From an uncultured Bacteroidaceae bacterium (GTDB taxonomy: Bacteria > Bacteroidota > Bacteroidia > Bacteroidales > SM23-62): DNA of 64,000 bases. Each line of letters opens with the position of its first letter. Positions within the stretch are counted from its first letter, which is position 1. The position numbers and the translations under genes are program-made. The DNA lies in the NCBI GenBank assembly GCA_964574985.1, contig CAZNPH010000017.1, forward strand, positions 11,923 to 75,922, read 5' to 3'. A model generated the notes under the pieces. The model saw only the letters and a program-made list of their open reading frames with translations. It was not told where the DNA came from and did no database searches. This document shows, piece by piece, positions 10,318 to 20,364 of this stretch.

Positions 10318-11329
10318 GGGGCTGAATATTATCCTTTGAAAAGAGGTTTTGATTATTTCTACGGTTTTTACTGAAGCATGTTGCATTATTACAGAAGCGA
10401 TAATATTTTCCGGGGAACAACCCAGGTAAAGGATCCGGGATATCTGACAGACATCATTGCAGAGGAGAGCTGTGACTTCATTGAACGGAACCGGGACAGA
10501 CCATTCTTTTTGTACACAGCATTCAATGCGGTGCATACCCCCCCTGGAAGCCCCGGAAGAAGACCTGGCATATATTGATTCGAAAATGGCTACAGGAGAT
10601 GAACCGGAAGGATTTGAAAAGGTGCGCTACAGGGCGGCAATGCTATTGGCCCTGGACCGGGCGATCGGCCGGATCAACAGCAAATTAAAAGAACTCGGAC
10701 TGGAAGAGAATACCCTGGTGATATTTACCAATGATAACGGAGATTATGGCCCGTACAACCGGGAAACTGTTTTTTCCGGCGGCAAAGGGAATGCATTGGA
10801 AGGAGGCATCCGGGTTCCTTTTATTATGAAATGGCCCGGGAAAATTCAGGAAGGCAGGGTTTATGACGGCATAACCAGCACATTGGACATATTGCCAACA
10901 GCAGTTGTTGCCGGAAACGGCAGCATTGAGCCGGAATGGAATATCCACGGAGTGGATTTGATGCCTTGCCTGAGAAATGAAAAGAAAGGAGATCCTCATG
11001 ACTGGCTGTTCTGGAGGATGGGAGGGACCAAAGCCGCGAGAAACGGAAAATGGAAATTGTTTTACAATGGCTACAGCGGTTATGGCGGTTATGGTGTTCC
11101 CGAAGACCAGGCCCGGTGGTTTTTATTCAATCTGGAAACCGATCCTTCTGAAAAGCATGATCTTTCAAAGGTTTTTCCCGGTGTTTTTGAAGAAATGCAA
11201 AAACAATATCGACAGTGGGAAAGCGAACAACCGGCCCCTTGTGGCCATTCGGAGCTTCAGGACAAATGGGTCAATGGGAGGAAAAATAAACAGAATAAAA
11301 TCAATCCCCGTAACCAAAACTTTTCATAA
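10318..11329 (+). pseudogene. Arylsulfatase-family pseudogene (N-terminus lost, in-frame TGA, +1 frameshift)
   Basis: YPLKRGFDYFYGFY* (TGA 10372-10374), then [21 protein letters not shown]7 run (10538-10544) shifts the frame into LEAPEED..NTLVIFTNDNG..KG..EGGIRVP. No CxPxR segment upstream. Confidence 0.85.
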
Positions 11330-11344
11330 CTAAATTTATTCCGA

Positions 11345-13129
11345 ATGAGATATCGTAATTGTTTGTTTGTTTCTTTGCTCCTTCTCCTTTTCTCATGCAA
11401 CAATGAGAAGGATATCCTTATAGAAGCCGAATCTTTTCAGGAAAAAGGCGGGTGGGTCGTCGACCAGCAATTCATGGATGAGATGGGATCACCGTTTCTG
11501 CTGGCGCATGGCCTGGGCAATCCTGTGGAAGATGCACAAACGGATGTTTTGCTTCCGTCCCCCGGGGAATACAGGATCTGGGTGCGCACCCGCGACTGGG
11601 TGGCAACCTGGAACGCTCAGGGTGCACCCGGCAAATTTCGACTGATTGTAAACCGGCAATCTCTTGATACCGTTTTTGGAACGGAAGGAGCAGAATGGCA
11701 CTGGCAGGATGGCGGGACTGTCCGGATGAATGAGCGGGAATGTCAGATAAATATTCATGACCTTACCGGATTTGAAGGAAGGATCGATGCCATTTACATG
11801 ACCAGGGATTTGTCTTTTGTGCCACCGGAAAAACCTGAGGAACTTATCTCGTGGAGGAGGAAACAATTGAACACGGAAACAGTGGAAAACTGCCGTGAAT
11901 TCGATCTGGTGGTCGTTGGGGGAGGCATTGCGGGTATCTGCGCTTCCCTTTCTGCGGCTAGGCTGGGATTGGAAGTGGCGCTGGTGCAGGACCGTCCTGT
12001 GGTGGGCGGGAACAACAGTTCGGAAGTGCGGGTATGGCTGGGCGGAAAAACAAATTTCGAGCCCTATGAGAATATCGGCAACATTGTGAAGGAACTGGAG
12101 CAGGAAAAAGCAGCACATTATGGCCCCGGCAATACAGGAGTGATTTATGAAGATGAGAAAAAGCTCGGATTGCTGAAGGCCGAGAAAAACATCGAATTGT
12201 TTTTATGGCACCGGGCCAATGAAGTCATCATGGACAATGAACGGATTGCTGCCATTATTGCCCAGGATGTACTGACCGGTAAGCGGAAAAGGATCCCGGG
12301 CAGGTATTTTGCCGATTGTACGGGGGACGGATGCATAGGTTACCTGGCGGGCGCCGATTATGAAATGACCGAAAAAAAGCATATGGGCAGGTCCAATCTC
12401 TGGAATGTGGTTGAAACCGGTGAGCCTGTTCCTTTTCCCGATTGCCCCTGGGCACTTGATCTCAGTGACAGGACATTCCCCGGAAGAAAAGATCATCCGG
12501 GTGTGTACGGAAGAAAAGGGCTGGGGGCACTGGGCAGTTGGTTCTGGGAAAGCGGATTTGATCATGATCCCATCCGGAAGGGAGAATACATACGTGACTG
12601 GAATTTCAGGGCAATGTACGGGGCATGGGATTGCCTGAAGAACACAGACGGACTTTATCCCGGTCACAAACTCGACTGGGCCGCATATATATCCGGCAAA
12701 CGGGAATCCAGAAGACTGCTGGGTGATGTCATTCTCACCAAAGAAGACCTGATTCAATCCAGGAAATATGAAGACGGCTGTGTCCCCGCTACCTGGGATA
12801 TCGATATTCATCTTCCCCATCCCGAATACAACGAAGGGTTCCCCGGGGATGCATATATATCGCAGGATTATCATACGGACTATCCGCGTCCCTACTGGAT
12901 CCCTTACCGCTGCCTGTATTCAAGGAATGTCGCCAACCTGTTCATGGCAGGCAGGCATGTAAGTGTAACCCATCAGGCACTGGGTGCGGCAAGGGTCATG
13001 CGCACTACCGGCATGATGGGCGAAGTGGTCGGCATGGCTTCCAGAATATGTCACGATCATCATGCCACGCCGGGACAAGTCTATCAGAATCACCTTGATG
13101 AATTGATTACATTAATGAAAAATCCATGA
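11345..13129 (+). CDS. FAD-dependent oxidoreductase lipoprotein (FAD_oxidored family)
   Basis: Lipobox LFSC. Motifs DLVVVGGGIAG, GGNNSSE, DCTGDG, KRESRRLLG, IPYRCLYS and RVM. Confidence 0.9.
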   Translation: MRYRNCLFVSLLLLLFSCNNEKDILIEAESFQEKGGWVVDQQFMDEMGSPFLLAHGLGNPVEDAQTDVLLPSPGEYRIWVRTRDWVATWNAQGAPGKFRLIVNRQSLDTVFGTEGAEWHWQDGGTVRMNERECQINIHDLTGFEGRIDAIYMTRDLSFVPPEKPEELISWRRKQLNTETVENCREFDLVVVGGGIAGICASLSAARLGLEVALVQDRPVVGGNNSSEVRVWLGGKTNFEPYENIGNIVKELEQEKAAHYGPGNTGVIYEDEKKLGLLKAEKNIELFLWHRANEVIMDNERIAAIIAQDVLTGKRKRIPGRYFADCTGDGCIGYLAGADYEMTEKKHMGRSNLWNVVETGEPVPFPDCPWALDLSDRTFPGRKDHPGVYGRKGLGALGSWFWESGFDHDPIRKGEYIRDWNFRAMYGAWDCLKNTDGLYPGHKLDWAAYISGKRESRRLLGDVILTKEDLIQSRKYEDGCVPATWDIDIHLPHPEYNEGFPGDAYISQDYHTDYPRPYWIPYRCLYSRNVANLFMAGRHVSVTHQALGAARVMRTTGMMGEVVGMASRICHDHHATPGQVYQNHLDELITLMKNP

Positions 13130-14049
13130 GAACTGCAATCATCGGAACCGGAGGGGTAGGCGGATATTATGGAGCAAAACTGAAACAGGCGGGGTGTGAT
13201 GTTTCTTTCCTGGCCCGGGGTGCGCATCTGGAGGCCATGCAGCGTGAAGGCTTAACTGTTAAAAGCCTGCTGGGGGATTTTCATGTCGGTGATCTGACCG
13301 CAACGGACAACATCCGGGAAATCGGTACGGCCGATTTGATCATTCTTGCTGTGAAATCGTGGCAGGTAAAGGAGATCAGGGAAGAATTGAAAACGATCAT
13401 GCATGAGACAACCGTGATCCTTCCATTGCAGAACGGAGTGCTAGCGGTGGATGAACTGGCCGGAACCATAGACCGGAAGAACATCCTTGGCGGAATGTGC
13501 AGGATCATCAGCAAGATCGAATCTCCGGGTGTGATCAATCATTTCGGGGTGACACCAACCATTGTTTTCGGGGAAACCGACCATTCCCGTTCTGAACGGG
13601 TCAGAAAAATCAAAGACCTTTTTGACCGGGCAGGAATTAAATCACGGATCTCCGGCGACATCGATTCAGACATATGGAAGAAGTTTATGGCAGTATGTGT
13701 TAGTGGCTTACTGGCGGTTACGCGGACTACCTACGGTGAAATAAGGGAATTGAAGGAAACAAGGCAAATGATGATAGATCTGCTGAATGAGATATATGCA
13801 TTGTCCCAAAAGATGGGGATCAACATTGAACCGGGTTTTGTTGATCAAACGGTTGAATTTTTTGATTCCCTGCCCTATGGTGCAAACTCCTCATTGACAA
13901 GGGATGTAATGGAGGGCAAACCATCGGAGATTGAATATCAGAACGGGACGGTGGTCAGACTCGCAAGGGAATATGGCGTGGAAGTGCCGGTGAATCAGTT
14001 TGTTTATTATTGTATTTTGCCCATGGAACGGAAAGCAAGAAGGAACTGA
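13126..14049 (+). CDS. panE: 2-dehydropantoate 2-reductase (ketopantoate reductase family)
   Basis: Motifs GTGGVGG, ARGAH, AVKS, PLQNG, WKK and SS..D..G..SEIE..NG. ATGA overlap with the upstream gene. Confidence 0.85.
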   Translation: MRTAIIGTGGVGGYYGAKLKQAGCDVSFLARGAHLEAMQREGLTVKSLLGDFHVGDLTATDNIREIGTADLIILAVKSWQVKEIREELKTIMHETTVILPLQNGVLAVDELAGTIDRKNILGGMCRIISKIESPGVINHFGVTPTIVFGETDHSRSERVRKIKDLFDRAGIKSRISGDIDSDIWKKFMAVCVSGLLAVTRTTYGEIRELKETRQMMIDLLNEIYALSQKMGINIEPGFVDQTVEFFDSLPYGANSSLTRDVMEGKPSEIEYQNGTVVRLAREYGVEVPVNQFVYYCILPMERKARRN

Positions 14050-14062
14050 AAGCAAGGAGAAA

Positions 14063-14911
14063 ATGAGAGCCATGAGAAAAACGAAAGCACTGAAAACGTT
14101 CATTTCGATTCTTTTGGCGGGTATTGTTTTGTGTTCGTGTCAATCCGGCAAGGATAGTAAAAATGAATCCTGGACATTTGTAAGCATGCCCGACTTCCTG
14201 AATGTGGACTGTGATTATCCACAGGAAGGATGGGAGGATGCCCTGTCTTCCATCCTTGCCCCGGCGAAAAGTGAGAACCCCGATTTTCTGGTGGTGCCCG
14301 GTGACCTTGTCATGGGACACTGGGATGCTCCGGTATGGAATGATGAAGATACCATTGCGAAGTATTCCGACCGGTATTATACGGCATGGAAAAGCAGGAT
14401 GGATCATCACGGACTGAAATTCTGCACTTCCATCGGAGATCATGAAATCGGTGACAATCCCTGGCGCCAATCGAAAAAACTGAAGGCGGTAAAAATATAT
14501 AAGGATGCCTTTGCCCGGCATATGAAGATGGCCCGGAATGGCCCGGAACATATGAAAGGCACGGCCTTCTGGTGGAGGCGAAGGACGTTTTGTTCATTTC
14601 CGTCGATGTTTTTGAAAAAGGCCGGAGCGATCAGGGAAATTGAGCTCATGCCCCACGGGGAGCATCTGTGGCAGACCAAACGGAACAGGCCCCTGGAATA
14701 TGTTACCATTACAGATGAAAACAGGGCCGGGGGATTTTATCCGGTCGGATATGTCATGATCGGGAAAACAGACGGAAAAAAATTTGTCAATCGCAGAGGA
14801 TATTTCCTGAAGGAATATGAATCAGGTGATGAACGGGCGGTACCCATATTCAGAAAAGACAACAAGCAGGGCCTGCCGGTTGAATTGCCGGAAATCACCA
14901 TCAAACAATAA
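14063..14911 (+). pseudogene. Metallophosphoesterase lipoprotein with a frameshift and an internal deletion
   Basis: Lipobox LCSC, SMPD, GDLV and GDHE are present. The natural continuation KDVLFISVDVFEKGRSDQG lies in a shifted frame (14581-14637). The C-terminal His motifs are absent. Confidence 0.7.
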
Positions 14912-14922
14912 AAAATCAAATT

Positions 14923-16398
14923 ATGCAAACACCAGAATCTCATTCGATCAAGTTTAACTGGCAACGGGTCAGTAAGCCGCTTTTTCTGGCCCTGATCAGT
15001 CCGTTTGCCGCCGGCAATGCAGGGGTAAATGCAGCCGGAGAACCCGAAAAAATGAATGTCCTTTTCATCGTTTCCGATGATCTATGTGTCAAAGGGGAAG
15101 AGATGGCCGTGACTCCGAATCTGGAACGGCTTGCAGAAATAGGAATGCGCTTCAACCAGGCGTATTGCCAGTACCCGGTATGCTGCCCGTCCCGGAATTC
15201 ATTTCTGACCGGCATGCGGTCGGAAGATCTGGGCGGACTGTGGGCTCCGATTCGCGATCTGGTACCGGATGTAACCACATTGCCCCAACTGTTCCGTGAG
15301 AACGGTTATTACACCGCATCCATCGGCAAGGTATTTCATGTGGACGGCTGGGATCTCCGCTGGCCGGATGAGGAATGGAAATATGACGACGAGAAGAGCT
15401 GGGACTTCCGTGTCAATTGTCCCCCGGCCAATCAGGGAGAACGGCGTATGCCTCCCTTTCCGCGGAAGGGCATCCGCCATGAGTGGCCCGGGCATTCGGG
15501 AGCCATTGATTACGGTATGATCTCTTTCGAATCTGATCTGGCACAGGATGACGGACAGTCAACCCAGGAAGCCATCCGCCAGCTGGACCTGAACCTTGAC
15601 AAGCCTTTTTTCCTTGCCGTCGGTTACCGCCGCCCGCATGCGCCCTTCATTGCTCCGGAGGCATATTTCTGGCCCTATCCGCTGAATACAATACATTTGC
15701 CCGATCCGGGGGACCGTACGGATGTGACGGACCTTGCTTTCAATGTGGTTCCACCCAATTATGGTGATGCGGAGGCCATGAAAAAGCTGAGGATGTGTTA
15801 CCTGGCCAGTGTATCATTCCTTGATTCCCAGGTTGGGCGGTTGTTGCAGTCACTGGAAGACCACGGGTTGATGGAAAATACGATCATCGTATTTTTTTCC
15901 GATCATGGATTTCAACTGGGCGAGCACGGCGAATGGCACAAAAACAACCTTTATGAGGAATCGGCCCGGGCATCTCTGATCATTCGTGTTCCCGGTGTCA
16001 CCACTGCCGGGTCCGCCAGCGATGCATTGGTGCAACTGATCGATCTGTATCCGACCTTGCAGGAATATTGCGGTTTGCCAAATCCCCACCAGGAGCTTCC
16101 CGGACGGTCGCTGTTGCCCCTGCTGGAAAATCCGGATACAGAATTCGAAGAAAAACCTGCTTTTACCCAGGTAAGACGGAAAGTGGACGGATCGGATGCC
16201 ATGGGGTACAGCGTCCGGTTCAGGGATTACCGGTACAATGAATGGTGGAAGCTTGGTGAGGAACCCGGACTGGTTGCCACGGAACTGTATGACCTTGAAA
16301 AGGACCCGGCTTCGGAAACCAATGTGAGCAATTTTCCTGCCTATGCAGATGTCCGGGAAGAACTGAGCGGACTGATTGAGGCGTTCCGTTCCAAATAG
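14923..16398 (+). CDS. Cys-type sulfatase (iduronate-2-sulfatase-like)
   Basis: NVLFIVSDDL, CPSRNSFLTG (formylglycine motif), GKVFH, RPHAPF, SDHG, and HK..LYEES. Confidence 0.92.
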   Translation: MQTPESHSIKFNWQRVSKPLFLALISPFAAGNAGVNAAGEPEKMNVLFIVSDDLCVKGEEMAVTPNLERLAEIGMRFNQAYCQYPVCCPSRNSFLTGMRSEDLGGLWAPIRDLVPDVTTLPQLFRENGYYTASIGKVFHVDGWDLRWPDEEWKYDDEKSWDFRVNCPPANQGERRMPPFPRKGIRHEWPGHSGAIDYGMISFESDLAQDDGQSTQEAIRQLDLNLDKPFFLAVGYRRPHAPFIAPEAYFWPYPLNTIHLPDPGDRTDVTDLAFNVVPPNYGDAEAMKKLRMCYLASVSFLDSQVGRLLQSLEDHGLMENTIIVFFSDHGFQLGEHGEWHKNNLYEESARASLIIRVPGVTTAGSASDALVQLIDLYPTLQEYCGLPNPHQELPGRSLLPLLENPDTEFEEKPAFTQVRRKVDGSDAMGYSVRFRDYRYNEWWKLGEEPGLVATELYDLEKDPASETNVSNFPAYADVREELSGLIEAFRSK

Positions 16399-16400
16399 AA

Positions 16401-17945
16401 TTACGGATTCAGTTTCCAGGCCTCCAGGGACCTTAGCCTTGCAATGCCTCCAAGCCTTGTCAGGGCTATGCGGTCTCCCTTGATGTATTCCTTTTTCACC
16501 TGGCGGGTAATGCAATACCTGCCACCGTTGACAAAAATTTCCACGAGCTGTTTGTCAATAAAGATCTGCAATTGCAGGGGATCGCCATAATCCCATTCTT
16601 CAACGGGCACTTTCACCCCCCCCACATTGATCACATCCCCGCTCCACATGATATACAATCCACCTTTGCCCTGGTCATCACACAGCACATTGAGTCCGCA
16701 AAACGAAGCGGTTCCAAGTTCGAGTTCAAGCTTTGCCTCAAGCTGGTTTCCCCGGATCTCCTTCAGTACATCCGATCCCGTGACCGCACTGTGAACCGGC
16801 AGTTCCATAGGACCTACCGTAAAATGTTCACCACGAAGCTGTTTCATGGAGCCAACCGGTTGCTGGATGAGTGCTCCGTCGCCGTCAATGCTCAACTGCC
16901 GGGGAATGGCGAAGCATCCGTTCCACAATTCAGAGGTGTTTTTCCGGTAAACGTCCCTGTAATTGGGCATCCATCTCCTGTCCCATCCGGGTATCCAGGC
17001 CATAAGGAATAAATTTCCCTGGTCGTCCTGTATAGTTTCCTGGGCGTAATAATGACCGCTGTAATCCAGTATGCCCTCAAAAACCGGAGTAAAGACAAAG
17101 TTATCAATATCAAGGTCTCCGGTAAAATAAACGGTTCTGTCCACCGGCGCATCACAGGATGCCAGAAATACCCATTTGTCCCCAAGCGGCCTGAGCTCGG
17201 GAACTTCAAAATTCCTGTGCTTGTGTTTCGGGTATGTGAAAAGGATGCCTTTGTATTCCCATTCGGTAAGGCCGGCATTTTTTCCCTCGAAGATGGGTAC
17301 CGGGACAAATTCCTCTTCGAAGAATCCTGCACAGGCGATCATGAAAGTTCTCCCCTGGGTTTCAAAAACAAAAGGATCCCGCCAGGATTTATTGAATTCG
17401 GGTATTTCAGGTTGGTCAAGTGTCAGAACAGGGTTGGGGCCGTCATGACTCCATCCGTTCAGGTCACCGGTCATCTCAGCCCGCCAGAATTTCATGGAAC
17501 CGCCTTTGCCCGTCGAATAAAAAGCCAGCGGCTTGCCCTCTTCGTTTATGATGACAGACCCCGAACCAACACGGGATAATCCCAGTTCGAAAGCAGGTGT
17601 CAGCCCCGGTTCCATGTGCTCCCAGTGCAAAAGATCACGGCTCCTGGCATGGGCCCAGTACCAGCCGCCGAAATCGGCGCTGAACGGATTGAGTCCGTAT
17701 AAAATATGATACCAGCCGTTGTGGTATATCCCTCCATTGGGGTCGCCCATACACCCTGCCGGCGGGGTCAGGTGGAAAGCCGGGCGCATGGGATCCCGGC
17801 TGATGATCACCGATGCCGAATCTATTGCCCGTGAGATATTTTCAGGAGTAAGCTTCCGGCTTTGTGCATGCAATGTCAATAAACCGGATGTCCATATCAG
17901 AATAACCGGAAACCAGAATCTGGGTCTGAAGATATACCTGCTCAT
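16401..17945 (-). CDS. GH32 family glycoside hydrolase
   Basis: FHLTPPAGCMGDPNG, WAHARSRDLLHW, SGS, WRDP, FEVP, YYAQ, and a C-terminal beta-sandwich ending VEIFVNGG. Confidence 0.88.
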   Translation of the reverse strand: MSRYIFRPRFWFPVILIWTSGLLTLHAQSRKLTPENISRAIDSASVIISRDPMRPAFHLTPPAGCMGDPNGGIYHNGWYHILYGLNPFSADFGGWYWAHARSRDLLHWEHMEPGLTPAFELGLSRVGSGSVIINEEGKPLAFYSTGKGGSMKFWRAEMTGDLNGWSHDGPNPVLTLDQPEIPEFNKSWRDPFVFETQGRTFMIACAGFFEEEFVPVPIFEGKNAGLTEWEYKGILFTYPKHKHRNFEVPELRPLGDKWVFLASCDAPVDRTVYFTGDLDIDNFVFTPVFEGILDYSGHYYAQETIQDDQGNLFLMAWIPGWDRRWMPNYRDVYRKNTSELWNGCFAIPRQLSIDGDGALIQQPVGSMKQLRGEHFTVGPMELPVHSAVTGSDVLKEIRGNQLEAKLELELGTASFCGLNVLCDDQGKGGLYIMWSGDVINVGGVKVPVEEWDYGDPLQLQIFIDKQLVEIFVNGGRYCITRQVKKEYIKGDRIALTRLGGIARLRSLEAWKLNP

Positions 17946-18087
17946 TGGATTTGTTGTGTTTTGGAATTTAAAAATACATCATGATTTTATAAAAAACAAC
18001 GAAGAAAATCTCCTATTTTTGGAGTTTATGAATTAATCAGGTTTTACTTTTATTAAATTAAGGAAATAAAACCGACACCTCAAAAAA

Positions 18088-18445
18088 ATGATGAAATCTG
18101 CGTTTTTATCCGTATCGTTTATTTTGTTGGTTTCCACTGGCTGTCTGCACGCCGGGTCAGAGGCAACAACAAAAAAAAGAGCAAAACCGGATCGAAAAAT
18201 GGGATGTGTTTGAAGTTGAACTGCAGGGCGAAAAACAAGGCAATCCTTTTCAGGAATCTTTCGAGAACAGCCCTGAACCGCTCACGCTGAAATACGAACT
18301 GCCGGAATTGTACACGGTTGCGAAATACGGGATATTGTCCGGCCGGGGTTACCACTGGGGTGTATATCTTGAATTGCCCGGGACGATGAACGAAGATACG
18401 AGTCCGTCCAGACACCTATGGGTCATAATAATGAAAAACCGGTAA
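18088..18445 (+). pseudogene. Remnant of a DUF5060-type exported glycoside hydrolase
   Basis: Signal peptide MMKSAFLSVSFILLVSTGC. A frameshift at the A8 run (18171-18178) leads into IEKWDVFEVELQGEKQGNPF (DUF5060 start), followed by unrelated sequence. Confidence 0.6.
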
Positions 18446-18447
18446 AT

Positions 18448-19095
18448 ATGCAGGTTCCCGGAAAACGAATCTTTGTCTGCCTGTCCATTGTCATCATGGT
18501 GCTGAACCATATTCCGGCTCCCGGAAATGATATGCCTGATGACGGCAGACATAAGACCGGATTCATTGCCGGCTACGGGGGACAGAACCCGGGCCTGTTT
18601 TTCGATGATGTACAATATGACTATCGTGTATGGTTCCTGCAGTTTCAGTATTATTATGCTTTGCTGAAAATAAAAACCTGGAGTCTGGAAGCAGTGGTTC
18701 AGCCCCAGTACAACATAACCCGGTTCCGAATCAATGATCAGACAGGCGATATAACCAGTGGTTATGAATTTGGACTGAATGCCGGCATAATGGTCATGAA
18801 AAAGATACTGAAGGGACGGTTCAGCCCTTACTTATTGGTCAGCACCGGGCCTCACTATGTGTCGGGAACGCCCGAAAGGCAATCAAGCGGATTTATATTT
18901 TCAGATAACCTTTTTGTTGGCATGCATATCAGGGCTTCGGGAAATTTTTACGTGGATGTCAGGCCCGGATTCAGGCACATCAGCAATGCCGGAATAAAAG
19001 AACCCAACGGAGGGGTCAATGATTTTATCATCAGCGCGGGTTTTTCCCTCGTTCTGCCAATTGTGGAAAATCGACAAAAAATCAGGACAAAATGA
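18448..19095 (+). CDS. Acyloxyacyl hydrolase / lipid A 3-O-deacylase (PagL-like beta-barrel)
   Basis: RQSSGFIFSDN and FRHISNAGIKEPNGGVN (HxSNA catalytic motif). Alternative start at 18418. Confidence 0.82.
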   Translation: MQVPGKRIFVCLSIVIMVLNHIPAPGNDMPDDGRHKTGFIAGYGGQNPGLFFDDVQYDYRVWFLQFQYYYALLKIKTWSLEAVVQPQYNITRFRINDQTGDITSGYEFGLNAGIMVMKKILKGRFSPYLLVSTGPHYVSGTPERQSSGFIFSDNLFVGMHIRASGNFYVDVRPGFRHISNAGIKEPNGGVNDFIISAGFSLVLPIVENRQKIRTK

Positions 19096-20333
19096 ATATA
19101 CTGCTGACCATAGGCCTTTTGCTGATAACCGGATATGCGGCGGGATTCCTGATGACCAGGATCGGTCTGCCCAAAATAATCGGTTACATCATCACCGGCA
19201 TTGTTTTTAGTCCGAACACCGTCAGTTTCGTTGAACAACGCGTACTGGATGCCACCCATCCCCTGATGGATGTTTGCCTGGCATTTATCGTTTTTGAGAT
19301 CGGAGGGGCACTAAAATGGTCAAAGATCAGAAAACATGAAAATGAAATAATCAGCATCACACTGGCGGCCAGTATTTTCCCATATATTTTGATTGCCGCG
19401 GGCATTCTTGGTTTTGATTTGCTGTTTCCAGGCATTTTGTCTTTCGGTCACATGAATTTATTGTATTTTTCACTGATACTCGGCGCGTTGGCCAGTCCGA
19501 CCGATCCCACGGCGACTTTTGCCGTTATGCACCAGTACAAGTCAAAAGGGAAAGTGTCGGATACCATTGTGGGAATTGCCGCGCTGGATGATGCCCTGGG
19601 TATTTTGCTGTTCAGCCTCACCCTGGGCATTATTTCCATTTTCACGGGCAGCCATACCGGCCTGTTCGGGAATCCCATTGCGAATTCCGTATATCAGATT
19701 GCCGTGGCCATCCTGACGGGACTGGCCCTGGGGATCCTCCTGCTGCTGGTTTCCGATATCTTGCGGATCAAAGGCGAAGGCCAATGGGTTATCGTGGTTT
19801 TCGCAATCATAATATTCGGTGTGGGCATTTCGAAAGTTTTACAAGTGGATGAAGTATTGACCTCTATGACCATAGGGATTGTAGTCGCCAATAAATGCAA
19901 AAGGCAGAAAGAGATATACAGAATACTGGAGCGCTATACCGAAGACATGATCTTCCTTTTCTTTTTTCTGTTGAGCGGACTCCATCTGGATATAACCACC
20001 ATTCCGAAGGCCACCATCCTGATCCTGATATTTGTTGCATTGCGGACCACGGGGAAATACGCCGGAGCGGATGCAGGTGCCCGTCTGGTAAATGCGGATC
20101 CGGTCATCCGGAAAAATACGGCCGGGGGATTGCTTCCCCAGGGTGGGATCGTGATCGGACTTGTACTGAGTATATACGCCAATGAAGCATTCAAGGAAAT
20201 ATCGGAAATCATGCTGACCACAACTATGGGGACCGTTATCGTCTTTGAGCTCATTGGGCCGTTAGTGGCCAGGCATTCATTAAAAAGATCGGGAGAGATA
20301 AAAAACAGTCATGAAAAATCCGGGAAGTCATAA
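19092..20333 (+). CDS. Cation:proton antiporter (CPA2/KefB-like membrane domain)
   Basis: About 12 TM helices. Motifs LPKIIGYIITG, PTDP, ALDD, FFFLLSGLHL, R..GK and LLPQGG. Confidence 0.88.
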   Translation: MNILLTIGLLLITGYAAGFLMTRIGLPKIIGYIITGIVFSPNTVSFVEQRVLDATHPLMDVCLAFIVFEIGGALKWSKIRKHENEIISITLAASIFPYILIAAGILGFDLLFPGILSFGHMNLLYFSLILGALASPTDPTATFAVMHQYKSKGKVSDTIVGIAALDDALGILLFSLTLGIISIFTGSHTGLFGNPIANSVYQIAVAILTGLALGILLLLVSDILRIKGEGQWVIVVFAIIIFGVGISKVLQVDEVLTSMTIGIVVANKCKRQKEIYRILERYTEDMIFLFFFLLSGLHLDITTIPKATILILIFVALRTTGKYAGADAGARLVNADPVIRKNTAGGLLPQGGIVIGLVLSIYANEAFKEISEIMLTTTMGTVIVFELIGPLVARHSLKRSGEIKNSHEKSGKS

Positions 20334-20364
20334 AACATAGTAATCCGTTTGTAATCAAGCCATT

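Noticed and set aside
10372-10374. Selenocysteine or readthrough TGA in the sulfatase
   Set aside because: It is not at a catalytic Cys position, and the gene has other disabling lesions.
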